Part shown: positions 42,045-55,134 of the stretch, one piece after another
Layout of the letters: the number at the start of each line of letters is the position of its first letter
How positions within the stretch are numbered: the stretch's first letter is position 1
Assembly (NCBI GenBank): GCA_951406725.2
Contig: OX597831.1
Span: 70,184,001 to 70,248,000 of the forward strand
Direction of reading: 5' to 3'
Length of the DNA: 64,000 bases
Source of the DNA: Octopus vulgaris
Taxonomy: Eukaryota
The notes under the pieces: generated by a model
Databases searched by the model: none
Seen by the model: the letters and a program-made list of their open reading frames with translations, nothing else
What the model was told of the DNA's origin: nothing
Program-made: the position numbers and the translations under genes

Positions 42045-43869
42045 CAACAACAGAAAAAAGGTGTTGAAAGTATTCATGAGAAATGGTCTTAGAGAATGTT
42101 GAAAGGAATACAAAGAAGAATACTCTGTGTTTTCGCACTTTCTGCAGGCTCATTGGAGGATTTGTATATGGATCTCTTGAACTGGGCACTTTAGAGTGGA
42201 ATATTTTAGTGTTAAGTATCCTGGTTAATCTTTACAATACATTGCTGTGCTAGAGTATGACTCGTGCCAGCTTCTCATCTCTAACCATAACCATTTGGCT
42301 ATCCTCATTCTCAAGTACCAGCAAGCTATACTGCAAACTATATCAGCAAAATATTGGAAATATATCATAGACAGTGCTAGAGTAGCATGCCCTAGCCCCT
42401 AATTAAAGTGATTTTAAATTTATTTCAATTTGATTGAAATGAATTAATATTTTATGTTTAAAAGCTTTTACAACAAACAATCTACTATAGTCGACTGTTT
42501 ATTGAATTATTAGTAAACATGGCCTTGGAATCAGTAAAATGTTACCATGATCATTACCAATTCCTATTAAGATATTTTAGTAATGTGTCAAGGGATGTTG
42601 TATAATGGCCATAAAGCATATATTAGGGATGCTGATAAAATTCTCCTACATTAGTTGCATTTATTTCACATAACTTTTTAGCATATTTACTTTATTTATG
42701 AGTGGAATATAATGACATTTAGAAATGGGAATTATTGAGTATCTTGGAATGTGAGAAGAGTTATTAGATCAGGGATAGAAAAAAAAAATTCTGCTTCCAG
42801 ATTGGATTTTTTTCTGGATTCCTATATGACTTGTGCTCTTAGGAAAGGCATGAAAGTCACAATATTATCATATCAAAACTCACCTAAAAGTTGAATGATG
42901 ACAAATTCTGCATTGGTAGGGACAACAGGCACTCAGTTGCTTGATCATATGTTCGACCTACTTGTTGAATTAAAGAATATTCCACAGATGTATAAACTGT
43001 TAGCATAATTCTCAGATCAAATCAGTCTGATGTGATAGGTGACAAGACAGCACCTTTGAATCACAGGTATAATTCATCCAATGGGCTGCCACAGAGCCTT
43101 TAAGTTCACACTCAAAATTAGTATGAACCAAAAATTATGGTTAAAGGCATTTATCCATAGTGCCATACACGGGATTGAATCTTAGACCTCGTTGTTGGCG
43201 AATGTCATTACTCAAAGCAATAAAAAAGAAATAAAAAGTATTTTGTACTCAAAATCTTTATCAGTTTTTCTTGAATATTATCACAACTACTACTATTACT
43301 ACTACTGCCACTACTATTACTAGATATATTTTGCAGTCTTTGAATATGTCACTTTGACCATCTTCATTTATGGCTGTTAGCCAATTCTTTTTGCCAAGTC
43401 ATCCTTTTAGTGTTCTGATCGCATTTATTTCCAAACGCTTAAGAAGCAGAACGAAGAGAAATTATCCCAATTCATGGTGTTAAAGACCTCCCACTCCCAT
43501 ACTGCCAATTCTTGACTAGACAGAAAATAGAATATTTTATATTCTTATTTTTACACTTTTATTCCAGATATTTAAATGTACTTCAAAGGGCTGCTATCAA
43601 GTTTACTCATACATCTCTTGATCCTGAAAGCCATTATTCAATATTAAAACACATCAATAGCAGCAGAATTGCAGAATGGGAGGACATCAGACTAAATGCT
43701 TTATATCATTTTATGGTGTCCCTTTATGATGCAAGTTCCAACCCTGCTGAGAGTAGATTTGCCTTTATATTTTATGAGCTGATAAAAGTACTGCAGTCAC
43801 TCAAATGATTGTATCACCTTCTAAAATGTATGGCATTATACTTGAATATCAATATTAGATATTAGTATT

Positions 43870-44035
43870 AGGCGCAGGAGTGGCTGTGTGGTAAGTAGCT
43901 TGCTAACCAACCACATGGTTCCGGGTTCAGTCCCACTGCGTGGCATCTTGCGCAAGTGTCTTCTGCTGTAGCCCCGGGCCGACCAATGCCTTGTGAGTGG
44001 ATTTGGTAGACGGAAACTGAAAGAAGCCCGTCGTA

Positions 44036-44086
<51 letters not shown>

Positions 44087-44298
44087 TTGTGTGTCTGTGT
44101 TTGTCCCCTAGCATTGCTTGACAACCGATGCTGGTGTGTTTACGTCCCCGTCACTTAGCGGTTCGGCAAAAAAAGAGACCGATAGAATAAGTACTGGGCT
44201 TACAAAAGAATAAGTCCCTGGGTGGATTTGCTCGACTAAAGGCAGCGCTCCAGCATGGCCGCAGTCAAATGACTGAAACAAGTAAAAGAGTAAAGAGT
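43870..44298 (+). mobile_element. SINE family A
   Basis: Full-length, CpG-rich copy. Confidence 0.9.
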
Positions 44299-44330
44299 AT
44301 TAAAACACAGCTTCAAGACAGAATTATCAG

Positions 44331-44548
44331 CCTTTAGCATTGAGATTATCAAATGTAATGTTTATTTATATACATAGATTTGAATTAATTATTCCTTATC
44401 CTGTGGTCTCAAAATTTCAATGATGTGATTATTTATTTTTACAACGCCATTGTAGGGTAGGTGTGAGATGTTGGATTTGGCCAGTTTGAGCATAAAAGAT
44501 GTAGAATATTTTGGCCAGATAAGGCTGACCTAAATGCTTAAGGGTTAA
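44331..44548. mobile_element. piggyBac-type MITE, degraded
   Basis: CCTTTAGCATT ... AATGCTTAAGGG TTAA; reverse-complement homologue of 57618-57840. Confidence 0.75.
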
Positions 44549-45185
44549 AACATATTTACATCACAGCGCTTATCATAGGGCTTTGAAACTTCTATATTGC
44601 CGCATACATTAACTGTTTGCCAGTGCTAAGATATTTGATGATCTCACAAGACCTATTTTTCAGTACTAAGCTATTTCCTCAGAATTAGGACTCTCTCCAT
44701 GGAAATGTCTCCACTCACATTAAGATATATCTATATCATAAGATGAGTGCTATTACTCACTGCTAAATCATAAACTCGTGTCATCACAATGGCTGCTAGA
44801 TAACGTTAAAACGTCTCTACACCAAAAAAGATATTAATAAATAGAACAACAAATTGTAACAAATGGATTTATAAACTTTCCTCTGCTCTACTGCAACAAA
44901 TTGGTGATCCAAATATCAAAGGCTGTCTTTTGTACATCAGTGGGAAGTCAGTGAGAGATTTGCTGTATAGTATCTATGTTAGCATTTGTTTTGATTATAA
45001 GTTAATGCAAAACGGAAATATGCAAAGAGAAGGTAAGGTGGCAATGTAGGAATTCCATTTCTGTGGATTGCACATTCTGTCTATTTTGTTTTTGTATTAA
45101 AGATAGTGAATTTATGTGATAAAAAATTGATGGACATTGATAGTAGATGGGAAAGTAGTTAGATGAAAGAATATGTTAAAAGCTG

Positions 45186-45591
45186 CTCTTTTCTCTTTTA
45201 CTTTTTTACTTGTTTCAGTCATTTGACTGCGGCTATGCTGGAGCACTGCCTTTAGTCGAGTGAATCGACCCTGGGACTTATTCTTTGTAAGCCCAGTACT
45301 TATTCTATCGGTCTCTTTTGCCAAACCGCTAAGTGACGGGGACGTAAACACACCAGCATCGGTTGTCAAACAATGCTAGAGGGACAAACACAGACACACA
45401 AACACATACATACACATACATACACAGATATATATACATATATACGACAGGCTTCTTTCAGTTTCCGTCTATCAAAGGCATTGGTCAGCCCGAGGCTATA
45501 GCAGAAGACACTTGCCCCAGATGCCACACAGTGGGACTGAACCCAGAACCATGTGGTTGGTAGGCAAGCTACTTACCACACAGCCACTCCT
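45186..45591 (-). mobile_element. SINE family A
   Basis: Reverse-complement copy. Confidence 0.9.
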
Positions 45592-46479
45592 CATTGTACT
45601 GCTGTTTTACACATCAACTTATTTATGAAAATTTAAATAGTTAGCTGATTATTTTGTAAACTAGATAGATAAATATGTAGGATAAAGCCTTTGAATCTAC
45701 GAAGAAAAGAGCATTTTGTTTGTTCTGATATTTTTGGTGTGGTGCAAGTGAACTATGCTTGAGAAAAACCCATGATACACAGATTGTTGATCAAACAAAC
45801 AATTTGACAGAAATTTCCTGTTTCAGCCACACCTATTTGGAGTGAGTTTGATCTATGAGTGAGCACTTGAAACATTTTGTGGTCTCTAACAGTTTAAAGA
45901 CTAGAAAGCTATGTATTTAAATGTGCTTGTTAAAACAGAAGTCAACCAATTACATAGAAACCTCACCTTGTTCGCTGATGATGCTATTATTGAACTATAA
46001 TCTACCTTTGATGTTGTTCTTGTTGTTTAGCTTCAAACCAGTTCCAATCAAACAGACATATGATCAAAGACAATATATTTTTTAAATGGTAAAATGTGAT
46101 GTGACGGATATTTGACTGCTATTTACTGCTGATCAAGCTATTGCATACATATTCCTTCATTAGTTAATATGATGTTATTATTGTTTTTATTCATTTACTC
46201 CAGATCAGACTTGTCTGAACAAATCTACACTTAAAAATATTCCAGGTGTCTTTTTTCTTTTTGTTGTACTTATCAAATTTCCTATGAGCGCATTCACACT
46301 CACACACACACATGCATGCATTCACACACACACACACGTCTTTGTTTTTGTTGTTGATGTCATAGCTATTTATTTATGGTCGTATTGCCTTGAATCTATG
46401 TAGAAAGTAAAAAGTTGAGAGGGCCCTTTAGTTACAGCTTCCTGAGGGATCACCAACCTCTTTAATGATTGTACCCTGA

Positions 46480-46980
46480 TAAAATGCTGATAAATGATGG
46501 TCTGGAAATCCGAAGCCATATGAACAGTCCTCAGGAACTTCAGGAAGAATTTGATAAAGATCTTCAAATAATTCAGTCTATGAGAAAACTGTTAACATAC
46601 ATAGAAACTCCAACCTTCGTCAGCTGTAATTAGAAACCTAATTACATTCTCTGATCTATTGGTGGATTGAGAGATCTTCAACTTGGCTATATCCAACTAC
46701 AACGAGAAACCAGTGAGAAGTGGCTTTATAGATAAGTTAGTGTAAGTGGAGGACACCCCACCTAACCTCTGAACCCAAAAAGAGTCAGAAAAAGGAAAAT
46801 ACTGTCATTTAATCCTTCTTTCTGACTAAAAGTTTCAACTAACATATCGGGGAGCTCCCTGATGCTACTTTAAAAAACAATTCCCTTGAGCTCAAAGTAT
46901 AATATTACATTCTTCAATCCCTATAAAGTGAAGGTCAGTTACTCATGCATGCACAAATTTGAAGGGCTTAAAAAATTAGT
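46480..46980 (+). mobile_element. Penelope-like retroelement relic
   Basis: NIHRNSN, EIFNLAI..YNE...RSGF, FNPSF..VSTNI and FNPYKVKVSYSCM (46913-46951) are PLE RT-to-EN linker motifs. Confidence 0.8.
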
Positions 46981-47329
46981 GTATACAGGTGGAGAATGGT
47001 TCATGCTGCTTATTAAGAGATAGTGTAGGGTTACGCAACAGTATGTGCACGGATTCTTTTAGGCATAGCTGGCTCTGGTGTGGGAGATCAGAATCAATTA
47101 TAGACCAGTATATACTGTAAAAAAATGTCTTTTTTCTTGAGGTAGTGCTTGTGGTCTGCTAGAGAGGTAAATTTGCTATGCTCTTCATATTTAAACGAAT
47201 TTAAATGCATCAAATATTGATGCTTGGAATTAGTTGTGAATCATATATAGCATCTAGTAGAATTGTGAAGTGTGTTATGAACTATGCAGTTGTAAACCAT
47301 GTTAAACCTTCTGCAATGAGTCTGAAAAG

Positions 47330-47645
47330 GGTATTCATTCATATATTTACAATTGCAACTAGACCTATCTGGCATGAAGGAATTTCTTATATGTGGATTA
47401 TATGTATGTTTGTATGTATGTTTTTGTGTACCCTGGTCTTGACATTATGTGATGGTTGTACACAAGTGTGTTGTTCATTTTCAGTCTTCCTTGAAAAATG
47501 TCTGGGCATGGGATACATTACCTTATTTGAAAACAAGTGAGGGTTTCTGGCAGGACAGAAATCTGACCATAGAAGATCTGTTTCAGCAACTTCCATGTGA
47601 CCCTTGCAAGCATGGAAAAGGGAACATTAGAGGATGATGGCAATG
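47330..47645 (+). mobile_element. Old SINE-like element with RTE-type 3' tail
   Basis: Ends GACCCTTGCAAGCATGGAAAAGGGAACATTAGAGGATGATG, like the RTE tail. Confidence 0.55.
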
Positions 47646-47804
47646 GCAAGAACAATGTTTCATGCTTGAAATATATCTATAGATTTCCAACATGAAAAAG
47701 AAAGTATAATATTTGTTCTTCACATATAGAAGTTGGAATTTATGAAAGGATGGCATCTTACTTTCTGAAACAGATGTGAAATGGTTAACATGTATGACAG
47801 TATC

Positions 47805-48140
47805 TAAAAGGTAAAGACCCATTTCAGTCATGAGTGACCATGGGATTGCACATGGAAAGTTCCCTTCTGAGGCACAAGTCCCAGTAAGGTTGTTTATAGA
47901 AGACCAGCAGTCGCCCATGCATACCAGCCTCTCCTCTCCATGCAACCAATGTTATCCAAGGGAAAGGCGAAGGCCAATACAGCTTGGCACCAGTGATGTT
48001 ACAACTAATTGCTACAGCTGAGTGAACTGGAGCAACAGGAAATAAAGTGCCTGGCTCAAAAACAACACATAGCCTGGTCCAGGAACTGAACCTACTACCT
48101 CAGGATTGTAAGCCCTAACCACTGAGTCATGCACCTTCAC
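47805..48140 (-). mobile_element. tRNA-derived SINE, family D
   Basis: Reverse complement starts GTGAAGGTGCATGACTCAGTGGTTAGG with B box GGTTCAGTTCC and a CORE-like TTGAGCCAGGCACTTTATTTC block. Confidence 0.75.
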
Positions 48141-48194
48141 ACATCAGTACATAACTTCCATGCATAACTTCTCTTTAGCATAAAAAAATTCTAT

Positions 48195-48755
48195 GCATCA
48201 GATGTAGTGTCCCAGAGAGAAGACTATTGGTATGGTAATGTGATGTGTATGAATGAGGATTGCTGCATCAAGAAGTGCTGATCCCTTATTGTGGAGGGAA
48301 CATGTGGAAGGAGTAGACCCAGAAGGATGTGGGACAAAGTGAGGAGAGAGGATGAGAGGATGACAAAGGAGTGAGACCTTGTGGTTGGTTGTGCTTGAGA
48401 AGACATGTCAAGCTATGTAAAATTGTTGCTGTCCTTGCACACAGTCATGTCCCCTACATCCTCTTTAACTAAGTGATCCTAAACTTGTGTGCTTGTGGAT
48501 GCTGGTTCCACATAAAAAGCATCCATGCCATGTAAAAGCATCCATGCCAGTGCCATGCAAAAGCACCCAGGCTGGTGCCATGTAACAGCACCCAGTATAC
48601 CCTGTAAAGGGGCTGGCATTAGGAAGGACCTCCAGCCATAGAAACCATGCCAAAAGAGATATGGAACCCAGGCAGCTCTACAACTGGCCAGCTCCTGCCA
48701 AATAATCCCACCCATACTAGCAGGGAAAACAAAAGTTAAATGATAATGATGATGC
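48195..48755 (+). mobile_element. RTE LINE 3' fragment, degraded
   Basis: WYGNV, VEGTCGRSRPRRMWD, AAAAGCA(T/C)CC repeats, (GAT)n tail. Confidence 0.85.
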
Positions 48756-49307
48756 ATGACTACATCCAAAATCAATGTGGAGATTTACTCTGTGTCCATG
48801 GTTTTAAATTGTTCTCCCTTCTGCCAGTCTCAACTTCCAAGCTTAATTCATATACCCACACTAACAACTGATACCGTAATGCAGTATTTCACATTGTCTC
48901 TTTTTATAAACATTGTATTCTGCTTCCATAATCAATTTAACCATAATTTGTGTTAATTACCAGAATCATTAATAACAGTATTTAGAGTTGTTATAATGAG
49001 GCAGTAACTCTGTGACTGAAAATTATTAAAATTATTGCATTCTGATCAAGGAGGAATGGAATGAAAATCTGATATTGAAGTAGATTTATGCCTTGAGATG
49101 GAAGAAATGAGAGAATTGGCAATTAAATTACAGAATTAATTCTTGCTCTTCATTCTAATTTCACGAGGGATAACTTTATCTCTTTCTATTTTAGACTTAA
49201 AGAAATAAGTAATACATTAATAAAACACTGTGGATGATTTAGTTTACCCTGCTTCCATCTCTTATGATTAGCCATATCCTTTCTTGAAATAAATTATTAA
49301 AGTGGAT

Positions 49308-49479
49308 CAGGCTTGGCTGTGTGATAAGAAGTTTACTTCCCAGTCATATTGTCCCAAGTTCAGTCCTACTGCATGACAATTGTGCAAGTGTCTTATACAA
49401 TAAGCCCCTGGCTGACCAAAGCCTTGTAAATGGATTCAACAGGGGGAAACTGAAGGACACTAGCCACATATGTGTGTGT

Positions 49480-49511
<32 letters not shown>

Positions 49512-49655
49512 TTATTCCCGCCACCACTGCTACATGGCAACCAATGCTGGATTGTTCATGTTTCCATAATTTAGTAGTTTGGCATAAAAGCCTAAAGCCC
49601 TTCAAGATGGTGCCCTAGTATGGCCACAGCCAAGTGACTGAAATAAGTAAAAAAT
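49308..49655 (+). mobile_element. SINE family A, old copy
   Basis: Degraded match. Confidence 0.75.
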
Positions 49656-49680
49656 AAAGATATTTTAAAATTCTATTTCT

Positions 49681-49740
<60 letters not shown>

Positions 49741-49741
49741 G

Positions 49742-49787
49742 TAACCCATGCTAGCATGGAAAGTGGACGTTAAACGATGATGATGAT
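49742..49787 (+). mobile_element. RTE 3'-terminal stub
   Basis: AACCCATGCTAGCATGGAAAGTGGACGTTAAACGATGATGAT, nearly identical to the end of 29428-30712. Confidence 0.85.
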
Positions 49788-50352
49788 ATATGTGTGTGTG
49801 TGTGTGTGTCTGTGTGTGTACAAACACAAACATGCACACACACACACACACACATGCGCACGCACACACACACAATATGCATTCTAGCTACATGTTGTAT
49901 TGCCTCTTTTTCCATGTATGTAGTATGATTATTAATTTGCTATCAATTTTCGATGCTGGCACAGGTTTAGTAGCAGATCATTTTCCTATAAATATAATTA
50001 TGGTTAATAGTCTGATTAGATATTTGCAGTTGTTATAATTTATAAATCACCCAAACAGATGTTAAAATCAGTGTAGTGTGTAATATCTCAAGCCAAAAAC
50101 TATATTCCCTATTAAAAAATATTTCAGCTGCATATGTTATGAAACTAATTACTCAAAGAAATTAATCTTGACATGAAAAAATATGAAATACATCTGTGTA
50201 GAATAGCCAAATGGTTCGTTAGCAACTAATAATAAATGGCCAAATTTATGGCTATGGCGACATAAGTGCTTCTTCGAAAGTATAAACAAGGTGACAAAAT
50301 ATGATTCAAGCTGAGAGTTTCATATGAAAATTATAGAAAATTTTCAGATTAT

Positions 50353-50770
50353 AGGCGCAGGAGTGGCTGTGTGGTAAGTAGTTTGCTTACCAACCACATG
50401 GTTCCAAGTTCAGTCCCACTGCGTGGCACCTTGGGCAAGTGTCTTCTACTATAGCCTCGGGCTGACCAATGCCTTGTGAGTGGATTTGGTAGACGGAAAC
50501 TGAAAGAAGCCCGTCGTATATATATATATATATATGTATGCATGTGTGTGTTTGTGTGTCTGTGTTTGTCCCCCTAGCATTGCTTGACATCCAATGCTGG
50601 TGTGTTTATGTCCCCGTTACTTAGCGGTTTGGCAAAAAGAGACCGATAGAATAAGTACTGGGCTTACAAAAGAATAAGTCCCGGGGTCGAGTTGCTCGAT
50701 TAAAGGCGGTGCTCCAGCATGGCCGCAGTCAAATGACTGAAACAAGTAAAAGTGTAAAAGAGAAAAGAGT
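50353..50770 (+). mobile_element. SINE family A
   Basis: Full-length copy. Confidence 0.9.
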
Positions 50771-51504
50771 ATTAACTCACATATTAAAATTCAATGAGGC
50801 CATTGTGATTTTCTTGTCATTTGGAAAAATTGGCACATATGTTCATTTTTGCAACTAAAAACCATTAACCTGTGTAGAATATATGAGAGGGTTTTTCATC
50901 TGTTGCCTTCAGCAAAACCAGGAAACCAGCACTGCGTTCTATTGAAATCCCTTTTGATTATGAAACAGTGATTAACATTGATCAAAAGTAACCTTGCTGT
51001 TCAAAGCAACGAACTGCATTTCCCTTTGACATTCCCAATGAACATTATCTGCTTTTAAATTCCAATAGAATAAGCATACCTTGCAAAAAATTACAATTAT
51101 GATTACAGTTATTATTTTTGTTATTGAATAGTTCTACATTTATTATAATACGTTATTGGCAACATAAGTAGAACATCAGAATAAAGGACTTAATGTCTTT
51201 ATTCGTTTCCTACAGATTTTTCTACATTTCTGGCAGTGAGCGTTACAAAGCATTGTCAATAACTCAGCCCAAAGAGCTTTCATTTAAGGAGCTCCAGCTT
51301 TTCAGTTTTCTTGCAGTTATTCATATCTTTCACTCATTTATAATGGTAGATTACACACACATGCACACACACACGCACACAGGTACAGTAATAATACTTA
51401 TACCAATATATATACTCGTGGGGCCTGTGGAAATTCCACAGAACAAAAAAGAATTTAGAGGTGCTATTTAAGAAAGAATGGATGATTTATATTTTTATTC
51501 TACA

Positions 51505-52221
51505 CTAGCAGTATAACCCGGCCTTGCCCAGGATTAAGTTACAATTATTAAGCTAATCAAGTTCTTTATTTCAAACCAAACTAATATTGACTCTCAAAAA
51601 AACACTTTTTTCCTCATCGTAAAATAAAAACAAAACTCTTTCGCACCCAAAGTAATGTGTGTGAAACGGAGAGGGGGCAGAAAGATGAATGATTTAAAAT
51701 AAATAAATAAATGATTTTAAATAAATATATTGTAATTGTTGTGTGAGAAAGTATATATACTATGATTATAAAATATAGTGTCTTTCAAAAACATCCTGAA
51801 TTTGAACACTATATCTCGTGTTTAAGAAAAACCAAAACATTTTAATATTTTATTTTTTATGAACGTCGTCACATACTCTCTCTCACTCCCTCTCTCTATC
51901 TCTCACTTTGTCTTTCCCTTTTTTTTGTTTAGATGCTGTGAAACTCTCTTCCACTTTTCTTTATCTTTTTTTTTGTTAGACGCTGTCAAAAAGCTATAGC
52001 TGATATTTTTTATGGCTAAAAGCTATGGCTGAAAATAGAATTTTACCGCTATCCGTGGGTGCCTTGGGAAAAAAATAAGTTGACAAAACCCAGATAGGGT
52101 GTGACGAATGTTCTCCTAAAATTTGAGCGACATGCATGCTAATTTGTGGATGTGCATAAACTACAATCACTTACACACACACACACATACACACACACAC
52201 ATCTTGCCTTATATATACAGA
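51505..52221 (-). mobile_element. Non-autonomous Helitron
   Basis: Minus strand begins A|TC (52221), ends CTAG|T (51505), with a GC-rich subterminal hairpin CCTGGGCAAGGCCGGG; no TSD. Confidence 0.8.
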
Positions 52222-52519
52222 TAAATCTCATTGTTTCAGTGCAATAAATGATAGAAAAATATACAATACATAATTCAAATATCATTCATTAGTATTTAAT
52301 GCTACTAAAAATGCAAGATCAATATACAATTGCATATTCCTTATTATGCAATATTTTATCATAATTACTCTACATTATAAACAATTAATGTACACAAAAC
52401 GATACAGAGAATATACATGTTTTTATTTACATGATTAATTTCAATTCCATTGCAAATCAAAAATAAATAACAACCATGGCCATTTTGCAAATTCATTTCA
52501 CTTCCAGTCACAAAAATAT

Positions 52520-52922
52520 ATTATGATGAGCAAAATGTCCCCCATCCAATGGACGGTGCTGAGTTGTCAAACATTTAAACCAAATTTTCTCAAAACAACT
52601 TGTCTGATAAAAATCTTCAAATAATTCAGTCTATGAGAAAACTGTTAACATTCATAGAAACTCCAACCATTTTGTGCATTTTTATTGCATATGTATAGTA
52701 TCGATTGCAACAGCTGATGTGCTTGCACATACAAATGCACGTTCTCACGGCTTTATTGATCGCATTCTCACCTGGAATCGATTTTTGCAATTTTTTCAAG
52801 ACTTATACATGCCCTGATACCGTTGGTATCTACATATCAAATTTGAGCACAATCGGATTGAGGATGCCTGAGATCCTAGAACACACACACACACATACAG
52901 AAAGCGGATCTTATATAATAGA
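52520..52922 (-). mobile_element. Second Helitron-like 5' portion
   Basis: A|TC-TATTATATAA start, (TG)n, then a CTCAAATTT block like 51505-52221; own 3' end not found. Confidence 0.6.
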
Positions 52923-53377
52923 TTTTGAAATTTACCCCTTGCTAAATACTTTACATCTCTCTCTCTCTCCTTGTCTCTCCCCTCTCTCCCCAACCTCTCC
53001 CCCTGTCCCTCTCTCCTCTTTCTCTCACTCTCTCTTTTTCTCTCCACCTCTTCAGCAAAATTTTTAACCTTGTAATTCCCCCTTCACATTTTTAACACTT
53101 ATCTCATTCTCTTCACCTCTCACTTCCACTAACCATGTGACAGCGTGGTTAGTGGAAGAGCTATCTGGTATCTCACTCACTCCCCCTCCTTCCCTTCACT
53201 CTGACACTCCCTCTGTCTCACTCTCACACTCCCTCTTTCACTTAATCTCCTTCCCTCTCTCTCACTCTGACTCCACCTCTCACTCTCTCCAACTCTTTAC
53301 TGTCTCTAACAAACTAACAAACTGATGCAAATCAATGAAAGAATATGTAGAATTATGATATGGATATATGGATATAT

Positions 53378-53740
53378 TCTTTTAGTTGTCTCAGTCATTT
53401 GACTGCGGCCATGCTGGAGCACCGCCTTTAGTCGAGCAAATCAACCCCAGGACTTATTCTTTGTAAGCCTAGTACTTATTCTATTAGTCTCTTTTGCCAA
53501 ACTGCTAAGACACAGGGACATAAATACACCAGCATCGGTTGTCAAGCAATGTTGGGGGGACAAATATATATATATACGACAGGCTTCTTTCAGTTTCCGT
53601 CTACCAAATCCACTCACAAGGCTTTGGTTGGCCCAAGGCTATAATAGAAGACACTTGCCCAAAGTACCATGCAGTGGGACTGAACCCAGAACCATGTGGC
53701 TGGTAAGCAAACTACTTACCACACAGCCACTCCTACACCT
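53378..53740 (-). mobile_element. SINE family A
   Basis: Reverse-complement copy. Confidence 0.9.
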
Positions 53741-53755
53741 GTATGTATGTATATA

Positions 53756-54141
53756 TATATAAGGCAAGGAAGGAAATGGAGAAGAGGTTCAATTGACAAA
53801 CATCAGTAAGGTTTATTTACTATAATCATACAAATAAATAAATAAATACAACTCCAGTCTTACAGCTGTTTCTGCTTCGGGGGTCCAGTATGTTAAAGCT
53901 GACATGTCATACAAACATTGAACTCCAAAGCTTCATCAGAGAGTCAGTAAGTCCATAATGATGAAGCTTTGGAGTTCAATGTTTGTATGACATGTCAGCT
54001 TTAACATACTGGACCCCCGAAGCAGAAACAGCTGTAAGACTGGAGTTGTATTTATTTATTTATTTGTATGATTATAGTAAATAAACCTTACTGATGCTTG
54101 TCAATTGAATCTCTTCTCCATTTCCTTCCTTGCCTTATATA
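53756..54141. repeat. Near-perfect inverted repeat: 183-bp arms, 20-nt loop
   Basis: Arms 53756-53938 and 53959-54141 with two differences found by eye; third partial copy at 54368-54455. Confidence 0.97.
53858..53942 (-). ncRNA. Hammerhead-like motif with long stem II
   Basis: TCT-CTGATGA-A-GCTTTGG...CCGAAGC-A-GAAA-CAGCTG-TA-AGA; palindromic stem III ACAGCTGT; A/A at the base of stem II is non-canonical. Confidence 0.55.
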
Positions 54142-54155
54142 AATTCTGGATAACT

Positions 54156-54212
<57 letters not shown>

Positions 54213-54715
54213 GTGTGTGTGTGTGTGTATGAGTTATAGGTTAGACAACCATCTAAGGGATAATAAATATGCAATATACTACTGGAGGGTTACCTAATTA
54301 TATTCAAAGGCTCACTGTTACAAAGCAATAGTACAAGTGAATATCAGGTACAAGTGGAAGTAAACAAGAGTTTATCCAGAATTTATAAAAAGGCAAGGAA
54401 GGAAATGGAGAAGAGGTTCAATTGACAAACATCAGTAACATTCATTTACTATAATATATATATATATATATATTACACAGCTACTATTTACTAAATTATT
54501 TAGATAGTAGTCAATCTGTAGCTAAAGTAGAAAACAACTGACCCAAGAACTACAAAGCAGAATTAGATCTGGAAACAGGATTAGCAAATCAAAATTCTCA
54601 GCCATACAATCACTCAGTATATTCTTATTAAATATGGCTGAAGAGTTAACTTTGAATGTCATCACTCTGAAATTGATAAAATAATTAACAGTAAAGTATT
54701 AAAAGCAAAAGTAAT

Positions 54716-55134
54716 AGGCGCAGGAGTGGCTGTGTGGTAAGTAGCTTGCTAACCAACCACATGGTTGCGGGTTCAGTCCCACTGCATGGCACCTTGGGCA
54801 AGTGTCTTCTGCTATAGCCTCAGGCCGACCAATGCCTTGTGAGTGGATTTGGTAGATGGAAACTGAAAGAAGCCTGTCGTATATATGTATATATATATGT
54901 GTTTGTGTGTGTGTGTTTGTGTGTCTGTGTTTGTCCCCCTAGCATTGCTTGACAACCGATGCTGGTGTGTTTACGTCCCCATCACTTAGCAGTTCAGCAA
55001 AAAAAGACCGATAGAATAGGTACTGGGCTTACAAAGAATAAGTCCCAGGGTCGATTTGATCGACTAAAGGCGGTGCTCCAGCATGGCCACAGTCAAATGA
55101 CTGAAACAAGTAAAAGAGTAAAGAGTAAAGAGAG
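54716..55134 (+). mobile_element. SINE family A
   Basis: Full-length copy. Confidence 0.9.

Noticed and set aside
51193-51471. ORF after a TTTCCTACAG acceptor-like site
   Set aside because: No convincing donor or coding signature; runs into a CA repeat.
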